Assembly: GCA_030429145.1 (NCBI GenBank) | Contig: JAUIDC010000001.1 | Span: 450,001-482,000 of the forward strand | Direction of reading: 5' to 3' | From: Candidatus Saccharimonadota bacterium | GTDB lineage: Bacteria; Patescibacteriota; Gracilibacteria; Absconditabacterales; Absconditicoccaceae | Length of the DNA stretch: 32,000 nucleotides | Shown: in pieces, positions 8,996 through 20,190 of the stretch | How the letters are laid out: each line of letters starts with the position of its first letter | Numbering within the stretch: the first letter of the stretch is position 1 | Made by a program: the position numbers and the translations under genes | Notes under the pieces: generated by a model | The model's database searches: none | What the model saw: the letters and a program-made list of their open reading frames with translations, nothing else | Told to the model about the DNA's origin: nothing

Positions 8996-10405
8996 TTAAG
9001 CTTTTCTTATCTCGTAGTCGAGTCATCAAGCAGTAAAGAGTACAACTAGTTCGCTTTCTAGAGCAAGTTCCATAATTTCTTTTACTTGTTCTATAGTATC
9101 AATATACATGGCATCAATTTGTGATGCAAGAAAAGAGCTGATTCATTCGATGGTGGTCACAGCCTCTAATAGATCGTGCTTGTATTCCTTGAGTAACACT
9201 GCTATGTCTTCTCTGGCGGCATAGATAGGGTAAATAATCACTTTGTCAAACTGTTTCAATACTCTGATCCACTCAGGCCAGAACTCTAATACACGACGCA
9301 TCTGGTGAGGCTGCACGATGGCGATTATCTTTTTATCAGGAAATTTCTCTCTGAATGCTTCATAGACAGCATTGATCTCAGTAGGGTGATGTCCATAGTC
9401 AGTATAAATGTTTGCTCCGTTATCATTTGTTTTGAGATATTCCATCCTTCTTCGGAGCCCAGTAAATGCACTCATGGCTGCAACGAGTTCTTCGTCTGGT
9501 CCAATCTCATAGGTCTTGCGTCAGAAGAGATTTGCAATCAATGCATAGACGAGTGAAGCATTCTTCTGGTTGTGCTTTCCAAAAATGTGCTGGAGCGAAA
9601 TTGGATATGGTGTAATGCGCTGTAACACATCATTTTGGAGTCCTTCTGCAAAGCGTTCAACGCCTTTTTCGCCATCGATCACCCGGATATTCTTCTTTGT
9701 CTTATTGCCGAGTTGATGGTAGGCTTCGAAGTAGACTTCCTCATTTTTGTAGACGTCGCTATGATCGAGTTCTACATTGAGAACGATAGCGTGGTCGACA
9801 TCAAGATAGAGGAAGTGACGATTGAACTCGTCGGCTTCGATAACGAAGCGATATTTTTTGCGAAGCGATTCATCTCGCTCTGTCTGCTTACCATGTAAGA
9901 TATGTTCAAAGATGCTTTTGATATCATCTTTTGCTTTCATATTGAGCCAATAGTTTTTGTTGTCGAGCTGCGGAACGAGTGCTCCTAAGATACCTAGGCC
10001 CAGCTGGTTATCTAGCTGGCTCAACGTGTAGGTTGCAAGAGCAGTTGTCGTCGATTTGCCATGAGTGCCGGCGATGGCGATAGTTTCAAAATGCTTGCTA
10101 AGCTCGCCAATAAATTGGTGATAGCTCAGTGGATAACGAGCTTTTCTCTCGTTGTTTTCTGCAAGCTCTAGAGCATCTTTCACCTCCTTGCTCTCTGCTC
10201 GTGCGTCTGAATAGATGACAAAATCAGAAGCTTTCACCTTGTAAGATCCGTCGGAAATGATCTTATATCATAGCTTCTCTAGTTCGTCGATAATCTGCGT
10301 TCTATTGGGTTCAATTCATATGACGTTATCTATTCCCAAGTCTTTAAGAATAAACGCAAGCGATGACAATCCGCTTCCTCCTGCTCATACAAGTACTATA
10401 TTCAT
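8996..10405 (-). CDS. murC: UDP-N-acetylmuramate--L-alanine ligase
   Basis: N-terminal nucleotide-binding loop LV-G-AGGSGLSSLA, with the first Gly encoded by TGA 10385-10387. Also GTHGKSTTTA and a Mur ligase C-terminus VVLFTA-G-G-LD with tandem TGA TGA (9023-9028). Seven in-frame TGAs. Ends TAA 8996-8998. Confidence 0.9.
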
Positions 10406-10479
10406 AGACGATAGCCTCAATAGGTAAAATCTCATTTGTTTATACGGGTTGCATGATTGTTTGCAAAGAAAAACATTAA

Positions 10480-10507
10480 TTGACATCAATCTCTATATCC
10501 CTACAAT
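10480..10507 (+). promoter_or_regulatory. Candidate promoter
   Basis: TTGACA (10480-10485), 16-nt spacer, TACAAT (10502-10507). Confidence 0.4.
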
Positions 10508-10532
10508 TTTACAGCACCAACCTGATATAACT

Positions 10533-10727
10533 ATGCATCTCACAACTAATAAGTGGTTCGAAATGGCTTGGCCTTTGTGGGTGTGTTTGCTCTTTATAGC
10601 TATTCCCTTGCTCTGTGCAGGGTATGTGCTATGGGTTTTTATCCAGGCCATCAGAGTTTCTATACACCCATCTCTTTTGGATGAGTACTCACGCAACCGG
10701 GTCAAGCATAAAACAATATTATCGTAA
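10533..10727 (+). CDS. Small (64 aa) putative membrane protein
   Basis: ATG 10533, hydrophobic segment WPLWVCLLFIAIPLLCAGYVLWVFI, downstream of a promoter-like site. No homology recognised. Confidence 0.3.
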   Translation: MHLTTNKWFEMAWPLWVCLLFIAIPLLCAGYVLWVFIQAIRVSIHPSLLDEYSRNRVKHKTILS

Positions 10728-10862
10728 AAGGTAGTTGGCATCACCAACTCCTTTTTTGTTTACCCTGATAAATAGGGTGAAGTCAATAGAGTAATGGGCA
10801 ATTGGCGTTTGAAAATACCTCTAAATATGTAGGATGAGAATGATGTTTATTTTTTTAGATAA

Positions 10863-11942
10863 ATGATGGAAAATTTTACTATGATGCGAAATTATCTTAC
10901 AGAAACCGTATGGTGGAATAATACACTTATGCAGTATGTTGCAGCAGTGCTTTTGGCTGTAGGTAGTTATCTTGTATTGTGGGTGTTTAGAAATCGCGTG
11001 GTTCGCTATCTTAAGGATTGGACACATAAGACGCAAAATAGAAGAGACGATGTAATAGTGGGGTCGATAGGAGAGATCCCAGCATATTTCTACCGGGTTA
11101 TCAGCTTGTTCGTTGCTGCTCAGTCGTTACATCTCAATCCTGACATCCTTACAGTGCTTGATGTGCTTTTTGTGGTGATCGTGCTTGGACAACTAGCATT
11201 TGCTGTGAAAAGAGTGGTGTTGGCACTTATGAGCCAAGATAAAGAACATGAACATGCTGGGTCACCAAAGATTATGTGATTTGCAAACTTCTTGGTGAAT
11301 GTGATTGTTCGAGTATTGCTCCTTATGCTCGTGTTGAACAATATGGGCATAGCTATCACGCCGCTTCTTACGAGTCTTGGTGTCGCATGAATTGCGGTTG
11401 CCTTTGCGCTACAAAACATCCTTGAAGATGTGTTTTCTTCTATCTCTATCCACGTGGATAAACCTTTTCGCGTAGGTGATTTTATAGAGGTAAATGATGT
11501 GAGTGGAACGGTTATTAATATTGGCATCAAAACAACCCGTCTGAGAACGATTCAGGGAGAGGAAGTAGTGTTGGCCAATAAAAATGTTATCAATGAAAAC
11601 CTCCATAATTATGGAAAGATTCAGGAGAGAAATGTGAGAACGACTATCGGTGTTACGTATGATACCAGTCGTGAAAATCTTGGTCGTATCCCTAGTCTTT
11701 TGAAGCAGGCCGTAGAAAATGTAGAGCATGCAACTTTTGCAAGAGCTCACTTTGTAAACTTTGGTGCTTCATCTCTCGACTTTGAATTTATGTATGCCAT
11801 AGATAATAAAGACTATAATCTCTTTCTTGATGTGCAACAGGAGATTAACTTACATATTGTTGATCTCTTTGCAGAACATAAGATAGATATAGCATTTCCT
11901 ACGCAGACGGTGTATGTGCATGGCAATAGCGTGAAAGAGTAG
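10863..11942 (+). CDS. Mechanosensitive ion channel, MscS family
   Basis: TM helices followed by the MscS core LGVA-G-IAVAFALQNILEDVFSSISIHVDKPFRVGDFIEV...GTVINIGIKTTRLRT..GEEVVLAN. Two in-frame TGAs. Ends in TAG. Confidence 0.85.
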
Positions 11943-11960
11943 ACTATTTTGTTAAAAGAA

Positions 11961-11996
11961 AAAGACTCGGCCCTTTATGGACTGAGTCTTTTTTAT
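11961..11996. terminator. Bidirectional terminator (mscS / secF)
   Basis: Stem AAGACTC (11962-11968) / GAGTCTT (11984-11990), flanked by an A-rich tract and a T5 tract. Confidence 0.6.
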
Positions 11997-12006
11997 AGCT
12001 GATTGA

Positions 12007-12960
12007 TTATTGTCTCTTTTGAAATGTCTTGATAACAACGTATGCAAAAGGAACTGCGATGAAGATAGATGAGAGTGTTCCTGCTATCAGTCCAATACCA
12101 ATAACGAATGCAAATGTTTGCATGATACCAGTACCAAAGATCCACATACAGATAACGATGAGAAGTGTTGAGAGTGATGTTCCAATTGTTCTTCTCATGG
12201 TCTGCCAGATACTGTCATCGAAGAGTTGTGCATATGTCATTTTCTTCGTTGCAATCTGTTGAGAGTGAGCTTTCATGTTCTCTCTGATACGGTCGAAGAC
12301 GATGATCGTATCGTTGATACTATAACCCATGATAGTCAGTATCGCGAGGACGAATACTGTATCTACTTGTACAGTCCCATTGATAGCCATGAGAATACCA
12401 TATGCTCCTGCAGGTATTGCGATGTCGAAGAAGAGAGTACTCAGCGTGAGGAGTCCAAGCACTGTTGGAGAAATAAACTCTCTTACCCCCATGAATGCAA
12501 AGGCTACATAGATGGCGATAAATAAGAGACCCAACGCTAGCGCCCAGATGGTGCTATTTTTTACATAATCACCGATACTTGCACCAATAATTGCTTGTTC
12601 AAGGATCCCTCTTCCATCTTCAATATATTCACTTTCTATAAGGTATTGCTGGATACTTGTGCTAAGCTCGTTTACTTTTTCCTGATTGTCTACGGGGATC
12701 TGTAGAAGGATGTTGTCGTATCCGTCTTTTTCACCGACGCTAACAGAAGGAGAAGTGTATCCTTCCTCTTCAAGTAGAGCAACGAGATCTGACTCCACTT
12801 TGCTCTCATCGAGCTGAGCGTCTACTTTCAGTTCCATACCACCAGTGAACTGGATAGAAAGATTGAGATTGGTAAAGAAAAGATATGCTCATGCTACAGC
12901 GAGGATAGCCGAGATAATAAGCCATAGGCCACTACGTTTGATAATAGGAAAGCGTTTCAT
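12007..12960 (-). CDS. secF: Protein translocase subunit SecF
   Basis: N-terminus MKRFPIIKRSGLWLIISAILAVA-G-AY...IQFTGGMEL. C-terminal TM bundle with GYSINDTIVVFDRIREN. One in-frame TGA. Ends in TAA. Confidence 0.85.
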
Positions 12961-12989
12961 ATGCGCTGATTGATAAGATTAAAAATAAA

Positions 12990-13733
12990 CTATTGTGATG
13001 ATTGCTCTTCTGCTTGCAGTTTCTCGTAAGCGATACGAGCTGCGTCGTCTTGAGCTTTCTTTTTATTTGGTCCGTATCCGACGGCTATCTCTTTGCCATC
13101 TATGATGACACGAGAGAGATAGGTAGTCACGTTCCCTTTGGTATCCTGTTCGTAGGGTTCGTCGATATAGAGAGGGATGTTTTTATGTATTTTTTGGACT
13201 TCTTCTTGAAGGAGGGTTTTATTACTTTTTACCTGTCCTTTCTGAATAATTTCCACCTTGCTATAGATATACTTTTTGATGACATTTTCAACGGTTTCTG
13301 CGCCCAAATCGAGGTAAATATAGCCTAGGAGCGCTTCCATACAGTCACAAAGGATAGTTATCTTGTTTCTTCCGTCATTTTTCAACTCGCCTCTACCGAG
13401 AAAAATGGCTTGATCGAGACCAATATCCTGTGCTGCTTCTGCAAGAGTTTCGGCTCTGACGAGCGCTATCTTGTAGAGCGTGAGGGTAGATTCTGGCTCG
13501 TCGGGGAAATCTTTGAAAAGATGGACATTGACTGTTGCACCAAGGATAGCGTCACCAACGAATTCAAGCCTCTCATTGTGAGGTACTGGGTCGCGAAAGT
13601 CTGCAGCATATGACTTGTGGACGAATGCAGTGAGAAGGAGATTCTCGTCTTTGATAAGGCTAGGGTCTATGCCAAGTGTCGAAAGAAAGTTTTTGCAGTT
13701 TTCGAGCTGTGATGTGATGAATTCGGGGAACAT
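12990..13733 (-). CDS. rnc: Ribonuclease III
   Basis: Intact 247-aa ORF with the RNase III signature NERLEFVGDAILG and a C-terminal dsRBD (KTLLQE...GPNKKKAQDDAA). No in-frame TGA. Confidence 0.93.
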   Translation of the reverse strand: MFPEFITSQLENCKNFLSTLGIDPSLIKDENLLLTAFVHKSYAADFRDPVPHNERLEFVGDAILGATVNVHLFKDFPDEPESTLTLYKIALVRAETLAEAAQDIGLDQAIFLGRGELKNDGRNKITILCDCMEALLGYIYLDLGAETVENVIKKYIYSKVEIIQKGQVKSNKTLLQEEVQKIHKNIPLYIDEPYEQDTKGNVTTYLSRVIIDGKEIAVGYGPNKKKAQDDAARIAYEKLQAEEQSSQ

Positions 13734-13856
13734 GCGTGGTTGCTATGAGTAAAATCATAGCCCAATAGCAGAAAAGCATAAGAAAACATACTGTTGTGCT
13801 GTTGGACTACTGGTAGTTTTAGTGATTTTTGTGGATTTTGCAAAAGAAAGGAGGTA

Positions 13857-13884
13857 TTGACAATTTTGTGTTAATAGATAGAAT
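13857..13884 (+). promoter_or_regulatory. Candidate promoter
   Basis: TTGACA (13857-13862), 16-nt spacer, TAGAAT (13879-13884), 24 nt upstream of ATG 13908. Confidence 0.45.
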
Positions 13885-13907
13885 GTGTTCGCACAAAAAC
13901 GTAAAAC

Positions 13908-14402
13908 ATGGAATCATTATTTGAAAAAATTAAAAATGTTGCTAACTCTTATCTGCCTGAATTCCTGGAGAAGAATAAAGCATATATCTCAGAGGAAAAA
14001 AGAGGTCTTTATCTTTCGGGATATCAATTTGTTCCGATAGAAGATGAGTACACTATGTCTGAGGGTGGTGGTGCTGTTATAGGACACTTACCTGTTGGGA
14101 AAAGAAAAGAGACGAGATTTTTTTCTACAGAAAAATCAACGCGTCTTTTGAATAGAAGGTTATCGGGCCACAAAGATAGGACTAGTTTAGTAACACAAAG
14201 CTATCGTCTTAGTCAATACGGAGGCGCTGTTTGTGCAGACATTGGAGATGGTCGGTTCTATATACTCTCTGCATCGAATCTACCGCCTTTCTATGACACG
14301 CTTTTCGTGATAGATGTGTTGTTTAAGGCTGGGCTTATTGATGAAGCACAGCAAAAACAAATTAAGGCAGAGGCAACACAGCATGAACACACAGGAGAAT
14401 AG
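13908..14402 (+). CDS. Hypothetical protein (164 aa)
   Basis: Intact ORF with its own promoter-like site and a strong terminator. Has an internal repeat-like GGGAV / YGGAV. No family recognised. Confidence 0.6.
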   Translation: MESLFEKIKNVANSYLPEFLEKNKAYISEEKRGLYLSGYQFVPIEDEYTMSEGGGAVIGHLPVGKRKETRFFSTEKSTRLLNRRLSGHKDRTSLVTQSYRLSQYGGAVCADIGDGRFYILSASNLPPFYDTLFVIDVLFKAGLIDEAQQKQIKAEATQHEHTGE

Positions 14403-14418
14403 CAAAACTTATTGTATG

Positions 14419-14446
14419 AAAAAGCGGGGCTTATCCCCGCTTTTTT
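14419..14446. terminator. Bidirectional terminator
   Basis: A5, stem GCGGGG (14424-14429) / CCCCGC (14435-14440), then T6. Abuts the nusB stop codon. Confidence 0.8.
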
Positions 14447-14447
14447 C

Positions 14448-15011
14448 CTATTTCTTTTCTTTTTCGTCTAACTCAGCTATCACTTTATGGAGTATTCCAT
14501 TCACTAGCTTTGGGGTTCCATCATCTCAGTACTTCTTTGCTAGTTCTACCATCTCATTCATGACGATTTCTTTTGGTGTCTTGAGTGATCTGTACTCGGC
14601 GTAGCCGAGGAGGAAGATGACTCTGTCGATGAGATCCATGTCTTCGTATTTGAAACTTGTAGCAAACTTGTTTACACCAGCTGCGATGTCATCTTTGTAT
14701 TGATCATATGTTTTCCCTACTGTCTGGATATATTCAAAATCGATGCCAGACTCGACATGTTTTTCGAAGCTATTTTTGACAATATAGGTAATGTCCTCGT
14801 CAAACTCTTTTGCAGAAAATTGAGCCGAGAGAGAGGACTTTACTTGTGGAGTTGCGTCTTCTTCTTTTTGTGAAAGAACGGATGTTGGAAGTGAAATGTT
14901 TTTAATTTCTTCCAGCATATGATCGTTGCTGACTAGATAGTCTGCTATCATCTTCTCATAAAAGTAGGTGAGGACAATTTTTCTGGCAACGATACGTGCA
15001 GCGATGTTCAT
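14448..15011 (-). CDS. nusB: Transcription antitermination factor NusB
   Basis: C-terminal NusB pattern DLIDRVIFLLGYAEY...P.EIVMNEMVELAKKY-G-DDGTPKLVNGILHKV. One in-frame TGA. Ends TAG 14448-14450. Confidence 0.8.
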
Positions 15012-15085
15012 CAATGACCGTAGAAAGGGTTAAATATGGTATTATTATAAGGAAATAGAGGTGGAAAGCAAAAAGTAAGTAGATA

Positions 15086-15113
15086 TTGACAAGTGTGTTT
15101 TTATGTTTATAGT
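15086..15113 (+). promoter_or_regulatory. Candidate promoter
   Basis: TTGACA (15086-15091), 16-nt spacer, TATAGT (15108-15113). Confidence 0.45.
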
Positions 15114-15137
15114 TGAGATTCAATAAAAATAAATAGA

Positions 15138-15575
15138 ATGAAAAAATGGCTTTTTAAAAGATGGTATTTACTCAGGGCTGTGCTTCTGGGTATGGTATGC
15201 GCTGCTATGGTTGGTATAGTAACTGCCTTAAATTTTAATTTGACAGCATTTGCTGGCGTCTCATTTGCATCTATTTCTTTTGGATCGATGTTGATGTCCT
15301 ACGAGGCAATTGCAGTACTACCAGCAAAAACCGCAGAGGATAAGCTCCTTGGTAAATTGAGATTGTATATTGGTATAGTAATTTTGATAGGCGGAATGCT
15401 CATGTTTGTGATAGGCGGAGTGCTTAAGTTGCTGGTACCGGTTTCTCAAGGTCTGGGTGGAGACAAATTTTCATTTTTTTGGTGGATAATGTTGTTTGTT
15501 ATAGCTGTTCCAAATATAGGTGCCGTTTCTGCTTACCCATGGCTTCAGCCACCCACCAAGAATGTAGAAGCGTAA
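15138..15575 (+). CDS. Hypothetical integral membrane protein (about 4 TM)
   Basis: Intact 145-aa ORF with four hydrophobic segments, bracketed by a promoter and a terminator. Confidence 0.65.
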   Translation: MKKWLFKRWYLLRAVLLGMVCAAMVGIVTALNFNLTAFAGVSFASISFGSMLMSYEAIAVLPAKTAEDKLLGKLRLYIGIVILIGGMLMFVIGGVLKLLVPVSQGLGGDKFSFFWWIMLFVIAVPNIGAVSAYPWLQPPTKNVEA

Positions 15576-15581
15576 CATTGT

Positions 15582-15609
15582 ATGAGAAGGTACTCCTTCT
15601 CATTTTTTT
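15582..15609 (+). terminator. Rho-independent terminator
   Basis: 9-bp stem ATGAGAAGG / CCTTCTCAT, 4-nt loop, then T7. Confidence 0.8.
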
Positions 15610-15612
15610 GTG

Positions 15613-15638
15613 TAAAAAAACGAGCTGAAAGCCCGCTT
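15613..15638 (-). terminator. Candidate terminator for rpmF
   Basis: On the minus strand: stem GCGGGC / GCTCGT (with G-U pairs), loop TTTCA, then T7. Confidence 0.45.
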
Positions 15639-15668
15639 TGTTATTGAAGAAAATATCGTGTTACGCTT

Positions 15669-15887
15669 CTACAGTGCTACTCTTGTCTTAGACTTGATAG
15701 TGAGCACTTGTTTTCCTGCGTAGTATCCACATGAAGGACATACTCTATGAGATAGTTTATACTTTCCACAGTTAGAGCACTTTACTCTCTGGTATTTCTC
15801 AGTAAGTTTCACCAAATTGTTTCTGAGCCATGCAGAGTGTCTGATATGTTTCTTGTGTATCGAATTCTTTTTCCTAGGTACTGCCAT
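15669..15887 (-). CDS. rpmF: 50S ribosomal protein L32
   Basis: MAVPRKKNSIHKKHIRHSAW, plus zinc-ribbon cysteines CSNCG...CPSCG. I prefer ATG 15887 over the TTG at 15893. Confidence 0.9.
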   Translation of the reverse strand: MAVPRKKNSIHKKHIRHSAWLRNNLVKLTEKYQRVKCSNCGKYKLSHRVCPSCGYYAGKQVLTIKSKTRVAL

Positions 15888-15920
15888 AATCAATAAACTG
15901 GAATAGGTAAAATAGAGCGG

Positions 15921-16199
15921 TTATGATTGTTTTACTTCAACAACTGTCTTGAGGTATGTTCTACCGTCAAATTTCTTGAAGTTCTTCTTTCTGAAAGAAA
16001 CAATACCATCCTGAGAGGCGTGGATAGAGAAATCTCTTCCCTTATATGTTCCTTCACCGCACTCGTACTTATCACCTTTTTGTCTGATGATAATATTGCC
16101 AGCTACTGCAGGCTGACCGCCGAAGACTTTGACTCATCTATATTTAGGCTTCGAGTCTCTGAGGTTTTTAGCCGAACCAGCGGCTTTTTTATGTGCCAT
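15921..16199 (-). CDS. rpmA: 50S ribosomal protein L27
   Basis: [42 protein letters not shown], with that Gly encoded by TGA 16134-16136. Ends TAA 15921-15923. Confidence 0.93.
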
Positions 16200-16377
16200 T
16201 GTGGGTTTGTATAAACTAAAGTGTAGGTCATAAAAGCCCCAATATCCCATAGACATGGTGTATTGAGGCTTTACTACGCGTTTCGTCCTGTATCACTAGT
16301 TTTGACCTATGGTCTTTGGTGAAACTTTTACGAGACGCTTCATAGTGCCTATATAGTTAGGCATTATAGATATTTTC

Positions 16378-19300
16378 TTACTCATTTCAAGAGATTTCTT
16401 CTTCAGCTTGAGGTATCTCATTTTCCTCATTTTCAAGCAACTTTTGTCTGTAGATTTCTCCGACAGGGAGGAGACGACCGATGATCACATTTGATTTAAG
16501 ATCTGTGAGGTTGTCGATGCTTCCCTTGAGAGAGTTGTCTACCATAACACGGATTGTTTCTTGGAACGAAGCAGCTGATAACCAACTGTCTGTCTCTTTC
16601 GCAATCTGTGTCAGACCAAGCGCAAGACGTTTACCTCTTGCCGCTTGCTTCTTCTGCTCTTCGAGCTGTTGATTGACTGAGACGAACTCTTCGTATTTGA
16701 CCATAGTTCCTGGAACAAAGCTTGAGTCTCCAGCATCTTCGATAAACACTTTTGAGAAGAGCTGTTTCACAATCACTTCCATATACTTGTCGTTCACGTC
16801 CTGACCTTGAGATGTATATACCTTTTTCACTTCTCTTACAATATACTTCTGCGCTTCAAGGTCACCAACGATGTTCTTGTACTCTTCAATATCGAGAGAT
16901 CCTGTAGAAAGCACCTGTCATTTCAAGACAGTAGCACCAGACTTCACTTTGAGGGTAGTACCTCCTGAAAGCGACTTCTTGTATTTCTGTACTACACCAA
17001 CAGTAACATACTCTTTATGAACCTCCAATACCAATCCGTCTTCTTTCAATTTCAACTTACTTCTTCCTGATATTGCATAATCATCTCCCTTCTTTACTTC
17101 CTGTCATACTTTCACGGTTGATTTATAACCATCTTTAATGATATATGGCTTTGGTTCTGGCTCTCCAATGATCTCTACATCGAGCTGTTTTCCAACTTCT
17201 GCGATGTGAATCTTTCCATCAAATGGAGCAACGATAGCAGCTTTCTTTGGCTTTCTTACCTCAAAGAGTTCTTCAACTCTTCTGATACCTTGTGTTACGT
17301 CACCACCGTCACCACCTGCGACATTTTCCGCATGGAACGTACGCATTGTTAGCTGTGTACCAGGCTCACCAATTGACTGAGATGAGATAATACCAACAGG
17401 CATACCGATATCTACTGCTCTTCTTGTTGCGAGGTCCATACCGAAACATTTCTGACATACACCGCTGACAACTTTACATGTCATTGGAGATCTCACTTTT
17501 ACCATGTCGATACCTGCATCTACGAGAAGATTCATATTTTTCTTGTTGAGCGTATCATCTTTGTGAAGGATGACAGTACCTTTGTCGTCAGTCACTTCTT
17601 CAGCAAGAACTCTACCGAAGATCAACTCTTTAAATCCTTCACCTCTGATCTCTGCTTCGTCTTTGCTCACTGTGATATAGTCTGTTGTTCCACAATCTTC
17701 TTTTCTCACAATCACTTCTTGTGATGAGTCACAAAGTCTTCTTGTAAGGTATCCTGATTCTGCTGTTCTCAATGCTGTATCGGCCTTTCCTTTACGTGCA
17801 CCATGGGCAGCAATAAAGTACTCAATAGGCGAGAATCCTTCTACGAGTGATGACTGAATAGGAAGTTCAATAATTTCACCTGATGGTGACTGTACGAGAC
17901 CCTTCATACCTGAAAGCTGAGTCATCTGACCCCACGTACCACGCGCTCCTGAGTCAACACAGATATAGGCATTGTTACCTGGTTTATAGTTCTCTTTGAC
18001 AAGTTTTTCAATCTTCTTCACGATATCAGACCATGTCTTAATAATGAGTCTGTGCTTTTCTTCTTCAGACACAAAACCCTTGAACGCATAATTGTAGATC
18101 TCATTTACCTTGACGTGTCCATCTTTCAAAAGTTCTTCCTTTTCTTTTGGTATGATAAGGTCGAACATATTGACGGTTGTCGCTGAGATGGTAGCGTATT
18201 TGAATCCCCAGTCTTTGAGGCTGTCTGCTACTTTCACTACTACGTCCATGTCATAGTGATCATAGATTTCATCGAGAATCTTTTTGATTCCTTTCTTTGT
18301 GATCGTTTCATTCTTAAATCTAATCTTTTCAGGGAGAAGATCATTGAAGAGGACTCTACCTACTGTTGTATCAATGTACTCACCGTTGTGTTGGAACTTA
18401 ATTTGATCACGAAGATGTACTTCACTTGAGTGATATCTTGCCTTTACCTGCTCATAGCTTGTAAAGATACCAGCAAATTTTGGAGTGTCGGTATGATCAT
18501 TGGTGATGTGGTAGATACCAAGTGCCATATCCTGGTGGTGAGTAAGTGTTGGTTCACCAGAAGCTGGTTTGAGGATATTTTTATCTGCAGCAATAAGATC
18601 TCTTGCTTCTCTTTGTGCTTCTTCAGAAAGAGGAAGATGTACTGCCATCTGGTCACCGTCGAAGTCCGCATTGAATGATGAACATACCAATGGGTGAAGT
18701 CTAATAGTCTTACCAGGCATCAATTTGATCTTAAACGCTTCAATAGAAAGTCTATGAAGTGTTGGTGCACGGTTGAGGAGCACGTACTTATCTTTGATAA
18801 CTTCCTCGAGTATTTTGAGTGATACAGGATTTTCTTCTTTGATAAGTTTTTCTGCTTGCTTTGGAGTATAGACGATTTTTCTTTCAATCAGTTTCCCGAT
18901 GATGAAAGGCGTAAACATCTTTACTGCAATGTAGAGTGGTAGTCCACACTCATCGAGATTGAGCTGAGGACCAACGGTAATTACAGATCTACCTGAGTAG
19001 TCCACACGTTTACCAAGAAGGTTCTTTCTAAAGATACCCTCCTTACCAGAAAGCATATCAGTCAGCGACTTAAATACTTTAATACCTGAACCACCTTTGG
19101 CAGCTCCTGCTTTTTCACCAACGATAAGGTTGTTGATAGACTCTTGGAGGAGTCTAATCTCGTTTTTCTTCACAACATCTGGCATTCCAACTTGAATCAT
19201 TTTCTTGAGACGAATATTACGCATAAGTACACGTCTGTAGAAGAGGTTCACGTCAGAAGATGCAAATCTACCACCATCGAGCTGTACGACAGGTCTGAGA

Positions 19301-20190
19301 TCTGGTGGGATAACTGGAAGGTTTTTAATTACCATCCACTCAGGTTTTACATTCGAGATGTAGAGGTTGATAAGGAGCTTCATAAGTTTAAGAGCCTTGT
19401 TTTTAGGTTCTCCTTTGAGCCCTGCAAAATCTTTGATAAGATTTTTGATCTCTTTCTCTACGTCGATGCCAGCGAGAAGCTTATAGATAGCGTCTGAACC
19501 AGATTTAAGTGTCAGCATATCCTCGAATCTCCAGAAGATGTTTCTATAGTCGCTTTCTAGGATGGTTGCTCCTTTTCTGAAATTTGCAACGATAGATTTG
19601 ATTCTGTTGAACTCTTTTTCGAGGGTCGACTTGTTGTCCTGATAGAGCTTCTCTACCTCGTTTTTCTTTGAGTTTTGTTCAAGCTCTTCCTTGTAGAGTT
19701 TTTCTAACTCATCGCTTTTTACCTTGTAGTCTTCTTCAAGTCTTTTGAAGATTTCCTTCTTTTGATCTTCAGTAACGTCGTTAACAAGGACATATTTCAC
19801 AAAATAGAGAATCTTCTCAATTTCGTTTACTGAAAGATTGAGGAGGAGTCCAATTCTCGAAGGAGTTGCTTTAATATACCATACGTGGATAACGGGAGCG
19901 GCGAGTTCTACGTGACCCATTCTCTCTCTTCTTACACGAGAAGTTGTCACTTCTACACCACATCTTTCACACACGATACCCTTGTATCTGATACCTTTAT
20001 ATTTTCCACAACCACATTCGTAGTTTTTCATTGGTCCAAAAATGGCTTCACAGAAAAGACCTCTTGGCTTAGGCTTCCCTGTTCTATAGTTGATAGTATC
20101 AGGGCTATCAACTGAACCAAATGACCATTTTGCTATGTTTTCTGGTGAGGCGAGCGTCACCATCAATCCGTCAAAATGAGATTTTTCCAT
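16378..20190 (-). CDS. rpoC: DNA-directed RNA polymerase subunit beta'
   Basis: Zn-finger CGCGKY...CERCGVEV and catalytic NADFDGDQMAVH. Three ORF fragments share one frame and join via TGA 17104-17106, 16918-16920 and 16387-16389. Ends TAA 16378-16380. 1270 aa. Confidence 0.97.

Noticed and set aside
11120-11750. Minus-strand ORFs 11120-11530 and 11409-11750
   Set aside because: They are antisense to the MscS-family gene, whose conserved core motif spans this region.
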